DNA of 64,000 bases from Patescibacteria group bacterium (GCA_041660605.1 JBAZWB010000001.1:750503-814502); one strand, 5' to 3'. Positions 49,805 to 58,870 are shown, counted from the first letter of the stretch. Notes: generated by a model not told the origin, from the letters alone. Translations and numbers: made by a program.

Positions 49805-50806
49805 TCAATCCCCCAAACCATCCTCCCACATTAAAATTCTGATCTTACCAAGGTCCCTCGTCTGCCCCAAAACCCACATGAACTTAGCAAAAGCCGTTTC
49901 AAAAGTCATATTATTTACCAGAATGTACTCGCGTTTTTTCTTTTTAATATCCAGGGCAAAAGGATTGTGAGCCACCACGGGTATTTTCTTCTCATAAGCT
50001 TTTTCTAGAACCGGTTTGTATGAATCAGGAAATAAATTTGTATTGAAGCTTTTTACCATTATCCCCTGACAACCACCGTTGAGCATATTATCCAAAAGCT
50101 CCGGTCCTGCGCCGGGGTACAGTTGCATCAGGCAAACCTGCGGTTCAATTTTATCGTTCAATTTAATTTTACTATTTGATCTTTGCCTTACTTTATTAAA
50201 AAGCTTAATGCCGAAATCCACCTTGCCCAACATACCATCTTTATAAGCGTCAAAAAAATTAAATGACGGCGTGTCGCTTTTGGCAACCTGTGTTGCCCTG
50301 ATTAACCGATTGCCGAACATTATCGCCACCTCTCCCAGATCCATAGTAGCCACCTGTATGGCATTAATTAAGTTGGCTTTTACTCCCAATGATTTATAAC
50401 CGGAAATCAGGCCGGATAAATCCTGCTTGTCTGATTCCGTCACTTCTGCTGACAATGGTGAACCGGTGAAAACAACGGGCTTGCCTAGGTTCTGCAGCAT
50501 AAACGACATCATGCTGGCAGTATATATCATGGTGTCCACGCCGTGGGTAATGACAAAACCGTCGCATTTGTCATATAGCTTTGCGATTTCCCGGGCCAAT
50601 CTGCCCCACAGCTCCGGTTTGATTTCCGACGCGTCTTCGCCAAACACAAAAACCGGTTCAATGTCCGCTATCAAGCTAATTTCCGGCACCGCTTCAAGCC
50701 ACGGCTTTATGTCAGCCGATTTTTGCACGGATAATACCTTGTCATCAGCGATTAACGCCGATCCTCCGCAGAACAACAAGGCTATTTTTTGGTTTGATTT
50801 AGGCAT
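49805..50806 (-). CDS. L-asparaginase/GatD-like protein with a degenerate active site
   Basis: CGGS, GFVITHGVDTM.YTAS, PVVFTGSP, MT.E.A..K. Start moved to 50806. Confidence 0.82.
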   Translation of the reverse strand: MPKSNQKIALLFCGGSALIADDKVLSVQKSADIKPWLEAVPEISLIADIEPVFVFGEDASEIKPELWGRLAREIAKLYDKCDGFVITHGVDTMIYTASMMSFMLQNLGKPVVFTGSPLSAEVTESDKQDLSGLISGYKSLGVKANLINAIQVATMDLGEVAIMFGNRLIRATQVAKSDTPSFNFFDAYKDGMLGKVDFGIKLFNKVRQRSNSKIKLNDKIEPQVCLMQLYPGAGPELLDNMLNGGCQGIMVKSFNTNLFPDSYKPVLEKAYEKKIPVVAHNPFALDIKKKKREYILVNNMTFETAFAKFMWVLGQTRDLGKIRILMWEDGLGD

Positions 50807-50834
50807 AACTCTTATATTTCTGATACACACGTCG

Positions 50835-50923
50835 TAAAGATTCTTCGCTTCGCTCTGAATGACAGTGTAAACGATCGTCATTCAGAGGACCCTGAACGAA
50901 GTGAAGGGGACGAAGAATCTTTA
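50835..50923. repeat. REP/RPE-like palindromic element
   Basis: TAAAGATTCTTCG...CTCTGAATGAC-loop-GTCATTCAGAG...CGAAGAATCTTTA. Confidence 0.8.
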
Positions 50924-50998
50924 TGCAGTTATTTTCGTAATTTCTAATTATGAATTTCTAATTTCTAATAAAATCCCAATTCATTAATTATTTAATGT

Positions 50999-51355
50999 CT
51001 AACTGTTTCTATTAGTAGAATTAACAATAGCGTTAAAAATTAAATTTAGTTCTTTTGCTTCCTGGTAAATAATATTTACTTTTTCTTCTTGGATAGGGTC
51101 GGCCGTAGCAATCATTTTCAACCAATGTTTTGTCTCCCTGGCTTCTTTTTTACAGATGCCAATTTTGTGCTTAAAGTCTTTCCTGGACTCAGCATCATCC
51201 GCTTCACAATAATTCGAACCAACGCTGGTTGCTGATCTAACTAATTGAGATATTAATGGTCTGGTTACTACACTCTCCGGTATTTGCTTAGCGAACCTAA
51301 TTGCATCAATGCCAAATTTTCTTGTCCTCTCCTCCAAATCGTACTTTTTTGTCAT
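50999..51355 (-). CDS. Four-helix-bundle protein
   Basis: DLEERT..F, QLVRSATSVGSNYCEA..AES.KDF.HK..I..KEARET..WL. Confidence 0.9.
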   Translation of the reverse strand: MTKKYDLEERTRKFGIDAIRFAKQIPESVVTRPLISQLVRSATSVGSNYCEADDAESRKDFKHKIGICKKEARETKHWLKMIATADPIQEEKVNIIYQEAKELNLIFNAIVNSTNRNS

Positions 51356-51409
51356 TACTTCATTAGTCATTGGAGCTTGATTAGAAATTAAGAATTAGTA
51401 ATTAGCAAT

Positions 51410-52855
51410 TTATAATTGGTTATTATCCGTGTTAGCGGTAATTCTTTCCACCGCCTCCTGATACAACACCGCATTTGCTAACGTAATCCCCGCCTGCTCT
51501 CTTAATTCAACTAAAAACTTCACATCCTGGATAGTAAATGTGCTTTTATCTTTCTTTTGATCTAATAAAGCTAATGCAAAAACCTCTTCTTCCGTATTGA
51601 AAGGGAGGACTAGACTGGCATTAAATTTTTTCATTTCCTTTTCGGCTTTTTGTAATGTTTCCTTTTCAAACTTACCCTGCCTTTCCTCCAGTAAATGCGG
51701 AATTTCTTCGTAAATCAACGGTTCATTATACTTCTCGAAGTATTTAATTAAATTATTCTGCAAATCAATGCTTTCATTTGAATCATCATTTTCATAAATA
51801 AGCCTCTGCTCTTTATGATTAAGTATAAAAAGTTTAGCAATCTCAACACCTAAGTACTCTTTAATTTTTAGGCTAATAATCTTTACCAGTTTTTCTAAAT
51901 CTGTTTCCCTTGAAATTGCCTCTCTTAATTCTTTGACTGCCAGATCAATACTCTTTTTGCCTTTGAACAATGAATTAATGGCTTTCTCCACCAACATTTT
52001 TAAAGGTGGGAAACCGAGGGCTACTAAGGCAATTAAAACAATTGAAGTCCGCCCGGGTGTAATATTCCAATAATTTTCAATCGTTGTTCGCAGAAGTAAA
52101 GCAACATATGTATAAATTGCTAGTGTAACGATAAGTGAAATTATATATATCAATCCACGCTTGATAACAACCTTTATATCTAACAATCGATATCGTGCCA
52201 TGGCATAAGAACTCATTATTGCGAAAACTATTGTTATACTTACTAGTCCTGTAAATGTAAAATTACTGACTTTACCAACTAAACCATTAAGACCACTGGC
52301 TGTTAAGGCCGAAATGATTGCGATTAAGTATCCTACAATAATATATTTTATCTGGCTTTTTTCAATTGTTGAAACTAATTTATATTTTTTTATTAAAGAG
52401 ATTGGCCCAATAAAAATAAAATATACAACAATAATGATAAAATATAAGGCAAACACCGGTTTATTATATTTCGCTAAATTATAATCGTAAATTGTCACGA
52501 TTTTACCAAACACACCGAGTAATGATACAAAAATAATTGGGATTGCAATTGCTAATTCATAAAAAATGTTTATCCTTAAATTTTTTTTGGGAAAGTGAAG
52601 ACAAAACAGCACAAACCAGTATGCAACCCATGGTGCTAAAATAAAATCAATACTAATAATCACTTTATGAACGTCAAATGGAATTCTTGTTACCATTTCA
52701 AGCATTGAGCATGTAATATAAGCAAAACCGAATAAAATAGTAATAAAAAATAATGCATACGTTTTATTACGTTTCCAATTAATAATTATAAATACAAATA
52801 AGCTTAGATATGCTAATACATTTATTCCAGCTACTATTTCTTCAGGTGTAATCAT
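51410..52855 (-). CDS. Kinase-less HisKA_7TM-like + GAF membrane protein
   Basis: Multi-TM N-terminus, YAM.RYRLLDI, EEIP and ANAVLYQEAVERI. No kinase domain. Confidence 0.85.
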   Translation of the reverse strand: MITPEEIVAGINVLAYLSLFVFIIINWKRNKTYALFFITILFGFAYITCSMLEMVTRIPFDVHKVIISIDFILAPWVAYWFVLFCLHFPKKNLRINIFYELAIAIPIIFVSLLGVFGKIVTIYDYNLAKYNKPVFALYFIIIVVYFIFIGPISLIKKYKLVSTIEKSQIKYIIVGYLIAIISALTASGLNGLVGKVSNFTFTGLVSITIVFAIMSSYAMARYRLLDIKVVIKRGLIYIISLIVTLAIYTYVALLLRTTIENYWNITPGRTSIVLIALVALGFPPLKMLVEKAINSLFKGKKSIDLAVKELREAISRETDLEKLVKIISLKIKEYLGVEIAKLFILNHKEQRLIYENDDSNESIDLQNNLIKYFEKYNEPLIYEEIPHLLEERQGKFEKETLQKAEKEMKKFNASLVLPFNTEEEVFALALLDQKKDKSTFTIQDVKFLVELREQAGITLANAVLYQEAVERITANTDNNQL

Positions 52856-52919
52856 TTAATTCCTATTATTTTCTTAATTTCCCGCGCCGTCGCACTTTAT
52901 TGCGCCGTCGCTATATTTT

Positions 52920-52949
52920 TACCCTACTACTCCCTTTTTTTCCTGTCAA
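52920..52949 (-). promoter_or_regulatory. Probable promoter of the 7TM-GAF gene
   Basis: TTGACA-17 nt-TAGGGT, followed downstream by two GCGACGGCGC direct repeats. Confidence 0.5.
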
Positions 52950-53026
52950 ATCCCGGCTGTGGATAACCAAAAGCGATTGCTTTATTTAATTTCTTGACAA
53001 AAAATACCCCAAGCTATAATATGTAG

Positions 53027-53247
53027 TCCCGCACATTATTATCACATTTGCATATAAGGGTTCCGGTCATGGGCGAAATTCTGAACTTCCCTGTCAACCA
53101 ACAGGATTTCGTCCCCCCTCCCGGAGCCCGAAAATTTATAGTTCTTATCTAACGGTCCTTTGTCCATCCCTCCCTATTCAATGTTCAACCGGAGCCTACC
53201 CCACTCCAAACATTGTTTAGGCGCTTGTGACAAAGGGCCCTTTTTTT
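53027..53247 (+). ncRNA. Candidate structured small RNA 1
   Basis: TTGACA...TATAAT upstream; long hairpins at 53058-53129 and 53154-53239 with G-U pairs on this strand; ends in T7. Confidence 0.5.
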
Positions 53248-53289
53248 ATTGCTAAATTATTTTATATATAATATAATAAAGATATAATA

Positions 53290-53455
53290 GTTCATCTAAT
53301 TTTTCTTTTCCCCACAAACTGGGAGGGTGGTTGAACGTTGTAAACCAAGGACAGTTCGTTTCATTGATGCTCATCGTATCTGCAAAAAGATACTGGCTTA
53401 TATTTCCTCCTCCAAACTAACAGACTATTTGTTACGTTTGGGGGAGTGTTTTTTT
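53290..53455 (+). ncRNA. Candidate structured small RNA 2
   Basis: Several hairpins; terminator CTCCTCCAAAC/GTTTGGGGGAG followed by a T-run. Confidence 0.4.
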
Positions 53456-53483
53456 ATATTTAATATTTTGGTATTATAAAAAC

Positions 53484-53595
53484 GCTGGCAAAATCTCATT
53501 GAGCAGAATCTTTGCTGGCCTCTTTATCAGAGTACCGCCATTCACCGCCAGCCAAAAGTAATTGACCGTGTCCTGGTGTGTTTGGCGGTTTTTTT
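53484..53595 (+). ncRNA. Candidate structured small RNA 3
   Basis: TGGTATTAT -10; GCTGGCAAA/TTTGCTGGC stem; ACCGCCA/TGGCGGT stem followed by T7. Confidence 0.4.
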
Positions 53596-53796
53596 ATCCA
53601 CTTGACTGTTTTTAAGGCTGTATTAGAATTACGGCAGAACGACCATCGGCCCACGATGGTTGTTCTTTTATTTAACCTAGATAAATTAAAGAATACTGAG
53701 TTTATCGAAGTGTTATTTTTTGCTCCTTAAAAGCTTCGGGAGCATGATTTTTTAACAAATATTGACTCAGCAATTACCCTATGGTATAAAAAGAAC

Positions 53797-54069
53797 GGCC
53801 AGTACGGATGACTGCAACATTCGTCTGAACCTAGTTAGACCCATAGTCCGGGTCGCCTGATTCGGACTATGGTAATAGTACATTATTATCTAATGATAAG
53901 CCCCCCACTCACCAATAAGCAGGTCCCGCTTTTCAAGTGCTTGTCACTTCCTCCAAAAACCAAAGCAGCCAGGACATGGGTTCTGGTAGGTCTCTATTTA
54001 TGAAGCGGCAGCACAGCCTGCTTACCTAATGGTCTGAGTCGTTACCCAAAACGACTTGGACCTTTTTTT
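53797..54069 (+). ncRNA. Candidate structured RNA 5 (~270 nt)
   Basis: TTGACT-17-TATAAA promoter; stems CCATAGTCCG/CGGACTATGG, TAAGCAGG/CCTGCTTA and CCGCTT/AAGCGG; terminator at 54031-54069. Confidence 0.55.
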
Positions 54070-55366
54070 ATTCCCATTCTTCGCCCTGCCGCACCAGCAG
54101 TTCTTCGGCGCGCAACGGTTCGGCCATTAACTCTTTAACGACTTTTTCCATACGCGCGCCTTGCGAGCCCTTGATCAGCAAAATATCGCCCTGCCTGATT
54201 CTTTCCTGCAGGAATTTTCCCGCCAAATCAGAAGTATCAAAGGTAAAGACGCGTTCTTCGGTCAGGCCGTTTTGTTTGGCAGCGGCGGCGGTAATTTTCG
54301 AGCGCTCACCGACTGTCACTAATACGTCAACGATTTTAGCGGCAGTTTCGCCGACCTCGCGGTGACCCTGCTCGGTGTAATGCCCCAGCTCCAGCATATC
54401 ACCCAGCACGGCGAACTTGCGGCCAGTTGTTTTAGCTTTTTCCAATACACGCAAGGCAGCTTTAGCCGCCATAGGCGAGGAGTTATACGTGTCATCAATA
54501 ATAGTCGTGCGCTTAATGCCGGCAATGAGGCGCATGCGGCCGGCCGGTGGCTGATATTTTTTTAAAGCTGCAGAAATATCCGACTGGTTTAATCCAAAAC
54601 TCAGCCCAATCGCGGCGGCAGCCAGCGCGGCGTACACCTGGTGCTCGCCAAAAACGTTCGGCAGATAAATCGGCACTGATGATCCCTGATAGATCAATTT
54701 GAAGCTCAGGCCTTTTACCTGGCCGGCAGCCCAGGGATCCTGCGCCGGACCGGTAGAGATATCCAGTTCCACGGCGCGCACCATGGCCTGCTCGGAAAAA
54801 CCAAAGGTGATTATCTGCGCCCTGGTCTTATCCCGTGCCTGCGCCACTAATGTATCGTCAATATTCAGAATGGCAAAATCATTTTTTTTCAGATGTGAAA
54901 TTATTATCTGCTTTTCCCGCACTACGCGATCCAGAGTCTCAAAAAGCTCCAGATGCACCGGACCGATGGCAGTGATTACGCCCGCTTTGCATGGCGCCAG
55001 CTTAACAAGATAGCGCAGATCACCCGGCTTATCAGCGCCCATTTCCAATACTAAAATTTCCGGATAATCTTTTTGGCGGAATAAGATCAGGCTTAAAGCA
55101 TGAAAAAAAATGCCAATCCAGGCAAAAGGGTTTTTAAAGCCCGACTCCCTGCCTAAAATTGATAATGGCACTCCCAGCTCATTATTATAATTTTTTATAT
55201 TTTTGCGTACGCGAAATTTAGCGGATAAAACCGTGTATATCGCTTCTTTGGCAGAAGTCTTGCCCACACTGCCCGTGATGCCGACAACCTGCGGCTTATA
55301 CTTTCTCAAAACCCAGCCAGCCAGTACCCGCAGTTTCCATTGTATAATTTTTTTGAAAAAATTCAT
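54068..55366 (-). CDS. murF: UDP-MurNAc-tripeptide:D-Ala-D-Ala ligase
   Basis: ITGSVGKTSAKE, NNELG.PL, LEMG, DDTYNSSP, LGDMLELG, KGS. Confidence 0.93.
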   Translation of the reverse strand: MNFFKKIIQWKLRVLAGWVLRKYKPQVVGITGSVGKTSAKEAIYTVLSAKFRVRKNIKNYNNELGVPLSILGRESGFKNPFAWIGIFFHALSLILFRQKDYPEILVLEMGADKPGDLRYLVKLAPCKAGVITAIGPVHLELFETLDRVVREKQIIISHLKKNDFAILNIDDTLVAQARDKTRAQIITFGFSEQAMVRAVELDISTGPAQDPWAAGQVKGLSFKLIYQGSSVPIYLPNVFGEHQVYAALAAAAIGLSFGLNQSDISAALKKYQPPAGRMRLIAGIKRTTIIDDTYNSSPMAAKAALRVLEKAKTTGRKFAVLGDMLELGHYTEQGHREVGETAAKIVDVLVTVGERSKITAAAAKQNGLTEERVFTFDTSDLAGKFLQERIRQGDILLIKGSQGARMEKVVKELMAEPLRAEELLVRQGEEWE

Positions 55367-55387
55367 TATGCTTTAGTTAAATATTTC

Positions 55388-55505
55388 AAGGACAAATTTT
55401 GCCACTCTAAAGCTGTCATCCTGAACTTGTTTCAGGATCTAGATTTAAGTCGAGATTCCGGATCAAGTCCGGAATGACAGAAGTAAAAAGCACAAATTTG
55501 TCCTT
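55388..55505. repeat. Nested palindromic element
   Basis: Inner CTGTCATCCTGAACTTGTTTCAGGATCT...AGATTCCGGATCAAGTCCGGAATGACAG (55413-55480) lies inside an outer AAGGACAAATTT/AAATTTGTCCTT inverted repeat. Confidence 0.8.
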
Positions 55506-55535
55506 AAAGTATTAATTAGCCAACGTAAATCCCCC

Positions 55536-57290
55536 CTACTTCACCACCTCTTCCGCCGGCGGTATCCCATAATAGTTTAGCATAAACTGGGCCAGCTGAC
55601 CGAACAGCGGCGCGGCTGAACTTTCCGCCCACTGCACGTCCCGCGGCCGGTCAATCCTGACGCACATGACAAATGAAGGGTTATCAACCGGCGCGAACCC
55701 GCAAAAAGTCCCGATTGTGACGTTTGGATCGTAGCCCGGCCCGTTTTCATTGGGTACCTGGGCAGTACCGGTTTTGCCAGCGACGAAATAACCCGGCACG
55801 CCGGCTTTCTGTCCGTGGCCGTTGCGCACTACGTTGACGAGCATAGCGCCCAGGGTAGTGGAGGTTTTTTGGGAAATTACGTCACGGATTATTTTTGGCT
55901 CAGTATTTATTTTATAGCCGTCCGGCTTGATTACCTGGTCAACTACGTACGGCTGCATCAGCTTGCCGCCATTGGCTATGACGCCGAAAGCGTTTGTCAT
56001 CTGCAGTAAGGAAACCGATATGCCCTGGCCAAAAGACCCGGTCGCCATATACAGTTCCTTATGCGCGGCCAGCGAGGAAACGTCTCCTTGCGCTTCGGAA
56101 TTCAGCTCCAAGCCGTACTTCTGTCCGAACCCGAATTTTTTTACGTATTCCTCGAATTTTTCCGGACCGATGCTGCGCGCGGCATAAATTGCTCCGGTAT
56201 TCAGGGATTTTTCCAATACTTCGGTCATAGTCTGGATGCCATTGGCTTTGCCGTCAGAATTTTTAATGGTATATTTGCCGATTTCCACGTTGCCGGTGTC
56301 TTCATAAGTAGAAGAGGGGGTAACCGCGCCCTGGTCCAGCGCCGCCGCCATGGTAATGGCTTTGAAAACCGAGCCTGGTTCGTAAATATAATATGTAGAA
56401 GGATTTAAATATACATTAATGTCCTCCACTTCATTATATTTATTCGGATCAAAATCAGGCGAACCGCACATCGCAGTAATCGCTCCGGTTTGGGGTTTCA
56501 TGATGATGACCGACCCGCCGTCCGCGCCGTGCTTCTGGACCGCCTCGTTCAACTGCTTGCAGGCTTCATATTGTATAGTGTGATCAATGGATAAAACCAG
56601 ATCATCACCGTCCTTCGCTTCCTGGAGGAGCTTGGTACCAAAAGTTATCCAGCGGCCCTGGGCGTCCTTTTCCGCTTGCAGAAATCCCGGCTCCCCGGCC
56701 AGTTCTTTCTCCCAATACTCCTCCAGACCATACTGGCCAACCTGCTTGTCACCGCTGATGCCCACAAATCCGAGCAGCTGGGAACCTAAATTATTTTCCG
56801 GATAATAGCGGTATAGCTCTTCCTGCCATTTGATGCCGGCCAGGTTCAGTTTGGAAATCTCCTGCATTTTTTCCTCGGTCACCTGGTGTTTCAGCGGCTC
56901 ATATAAATCATTGGGTTTTTTCAACCGCGGTAGGATTTCCTCTTCTTTTACTTCCAGGAGAGGTGCCAGTGTTTTAGCCGCCCCATCGGCGTCTGTCACC
57001 ATCTTCGGTTCCGCATAAATGAGATAATAAGCCTTATTTATGGCCAGCGGAAAGAGCTTATTTGGGTCATCCCTGTCTTTGACAAATATTTCCCCGCGCT
57101 TAGGAAAAAGCTTTTCTGACAGGCTATGCTGATCAGCAGCCAGCGCCTCATAAAAGCCATGCTGGAAGATCTGAATATCGGCCAACCGGACTATTATCAG
57201 GCCGGCAAATAAAAAAATAACCGCACGTAAATAATCAATGCGGTCAAGCTTCTTGCTTTCTTTCTGGTATCTTGTTTTTCTCCTGACCAT
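55536..57290 (-). CDS. ftsI: Class B penicillin-binding protein (FtsI-like)
   Basis: RG.I, RYYP, G..GLE, EPGSVFK (SxxK), SLN, KTGTAQ; dcw position. Confidence 0.85.
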   Translation of the reverse strand: MVRRKTRYQKESKKLDRIDYLRAVIFLFAGLIIVRLADIQIFQHGFYEALAADQHSLSEKLFPKRGEIFVKDRDDPNKLFPLAINKAYYLIYAEPKMVTDADGAAKTLAPLLEVKEEEILPRLKKPNDLYEPLKHQVTEEKMQEISKLNLAGIKWQEELYRYYPENNLGSQLLGFVGISGDKQVGQYGLEEYWEKELAGEPGFLQAEKDAQGRWITFGTKLLQEAKDGDDLVLSIDHTIQYEACKQLNEAVQKHGADGGSVIIMKPQTGAITAMCGSPDFDPNKYNEVEDINVYLNPSTYYIYEPGSVFKAITMAAALDQGAVTPSSTYEDTGNVEIGKYTIKNSDGKANGIQTMTEVLEKSLNTGAIYAARSIGPEKFEEYVKKFGFGQKYGLELNSEAQGDVSSLAAHKELYMATGSFGQGISVSLLQMTNAFGVIANGGKLMQPYVVDQVIKPDGYKINTEPKIIRDVISQKTSTTLGAMLVNVVRNGHGQKAGVPGYFVAGKTGTAQVPNENGPGYDPNVTIGTFCGFAPVDNPSFVMCVRIDRPRDVQWAESSAAPLFGQLAQFMLNYYGIPPAEEVVK

Positions 57291-57351
57291 AGGAAGATTG
57301 ACTAATTTTGCTTTATTTTACCAATATATCCCCTATTGATCAATGTTAAAA

Positions 57352-57711
57352 TTAACGGGAAGCCACACTGGTACCGGCCGCCGGTAAATATTCTATCCGG
57401 GTAGTCGCCACCATGTTTAATTCCTGGCCGGCGCGCTCTATTGAAGTCATGGAGCGCAGTTCCGCCGTTTTTATAGTCAGGCTTTTATTTTCTTTCTGCA
57501 ATTCAGCAATCGAAATTTCCAGTCCTTTCATGTCAAAACCGCCGGTCGCGGTCCGGTTTATATAGTATAAATAGGAAAAACCCACGCAAACAATCAAAAT
57601 CAGCAGTATGACATTCAGACTCATCCGGTTGATGGTCAGCCTGACCTTGGCTTTATTGCCCAAATGCATTTCTTTTTCGGAATTGTATTTTTTTACTAGA
57701 AATCGGGTCAT
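57352..57711 (-). CDS. FtsL-like cell division protein
   Basis: Single TM plus coiled coil, located between rsmH and the PBP gene. Confidence 0.7.
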   Translation of the reverse strand: MTRFLVKKYNSEKEMHLGNKAKVRLTINRMSLNVILLILIVCVGFSYLYYINRTATGGFDMKGLEISIAELQKENKSLTIKTAELRSMTSIERAGQELNMVATTRIEYLPAAGTSVASR

Positions 57712-57724
57712 TTACTTTTTTATT

Positions 57725-58687
57725 TTATTTCTTGGCCGCTACTCGCAACAGAGCGCTGCGGGATCGCGGATTTTGTTTTATTTCCGCTATCGAAGGCTTA
57801 ATAGGCTTTTTAGTAATTAATTTTATTGAAGCTTTGTGTCCGCACTGGCAGACCGGAGCGGTTGGCGGGCAGATGCAGTCTCGCGATTCCCGACGGAAAT
57901 GATCTTTGACAATTTTATCTTCCAGCGAGTGGAAGCTGATGACCGCCAATCTGGCGCCGGTAGGCAAAATCTCTATCATCTGTGGCAAAGCTTTTCCCAG
58001 GTGGCCGAGCTCGTCATTGACGGCCAGCCTCAGTGCCTGGAATGTCTTGGTGGCAGGATGTCGGCCGCCAACCCAGGGAATTTCTTTTTTACTTTTTAAT
58101 ATATTTCTGAAGGCCAGGAGTACGGCCTCGGTCAGAGCTTTTGTTTTTGTTATTCTTTGTTGGCGTCGGGAATTCACGATTTGCCGTGAAATCTCGTACG
58201 CCATTTTATATGGCTCTTGGCCATACTCCTGGATAACCTTTGATAATTTTTCAAGCGGCCAGGTGTTGACTATCTCTTCCGCGGTTAATGATTGCCGTTT
58301 ATCAAACCGCATATCCAGCGGCCCGTCTATTTGAAAGGAAAATCCTCGATGTTGATCTTCGAGCTCAAAAGATGATAACCCAAGGTCAAGTAAAATACCA
58401 TTAATTTTATAAATGCTGAAGTGTTCATTTTGTATTTGTTTTATTTTCGAGAAATTTTCCTGAACAAAGGTAATTCTCGCTTTATATTTATTTAATAATT
58501 CTTTATTTCTTGCAAATGCTTCCTCATCCAGGTCAATGGCCAGCAATTTGCCGTCAGGCGAGGTTTTTTCCAATATCGCCTGCGCGTGCCCGCCGCCGCC
58601 GAACGTGCCGTCAATGAAATTTTGTCCAGGCTGGGGATTTAGATATTTAACAACTTCATCTAAAAGTACAGGTATGTGTTTCGCCAT
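57725..58687 (-). CDS. rsmH: 16S rRNA m4C1402 methyltransferase
   Basis: HIPVLL, DGTFGGGGH, DLGLSS, PLDMR, FQALR, FHSLED, NPRSRSA.LR. Confidence 0.96.
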   Translation of the reverse strand: MAKHIPVLLDEVVKYLNPQPGQNFIDGTFGGGGHAQAILEKTSPDGKLLAIDLDEEAFARNKELLNKYKARITFVQENFSKIKQIQNEHFSIYKINGILLDLGLSSFELEDQHRGFSFQIDGPLDMRFDKRQSLTAEEIVNTWPLEKLSKVIQEYGQEPYKMAYEISRQIVNSRRQQRITKTKALTEAVLLAFRNILKSKKEIPWVGGRHPATKTFQALRLAVNDELGHLGKALPQMIEILPTGARLAVISFHSLEDKIVKDHFRRESRDCICPPTAPVCQCGHKASIKLITKKPIKPSIAEIKQNPRSRSALLRVAAKK

Positions 58688-58820
58688 AAATTCGAAATTC
58701 TAATATCGAAATCCTAAACAATATCGAATGTTCCAATGTATTAAATTCAAAACTGATTTAAAACACTTGAATTTAATATTTTGAATTTGTTTCGTGCTTC
58801 GAAATTCGAATTTCGTGCTT
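58688..58820. repeat. Gene-less inverted heptamer array between mraZ and rsmH
   Basis: AAATTCG AAATTCT AATATCG AAATCCT ... GTGCTTC GAAATTC GAATTTC GTGCTT, with a central TATTAAATTCAA/TTGAATTTAATA. Confidence 0.78.
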
Positions 58821-58870
58821 ATTTATTAACTTTAATGAACGTAAAGTCACCGAACTAACCAAACAATTTA

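Noticed and set aside
50807-50881. N-terminal extension of the asparaginase-like ORF (VIQSEAKNL)
   Set aside because: It is read-through of the palindromic repeat. The enzyme-like sequence begins at ATG 50806.
27333-51355. Four-helix-bundle genes as DGR avd genes or 23S rRNA intervening sequences
   Set aside because: No reverse transcriptase, no template/variable repeat pair with adenine-specific mismatches, and no rRNA gene in the window.
53069-53420. Small ORFs MGEILNFPVNQQDFVPPPGARKFIVLI (53069-53152) and a TTG-start 29-aa ORF (53331-53420) as signal peptides
   Set aside because: The start regions lie within stems and the peptides have no recognisable features. They cannot be excluded without ribosome profiling, so they are not called as CDS.
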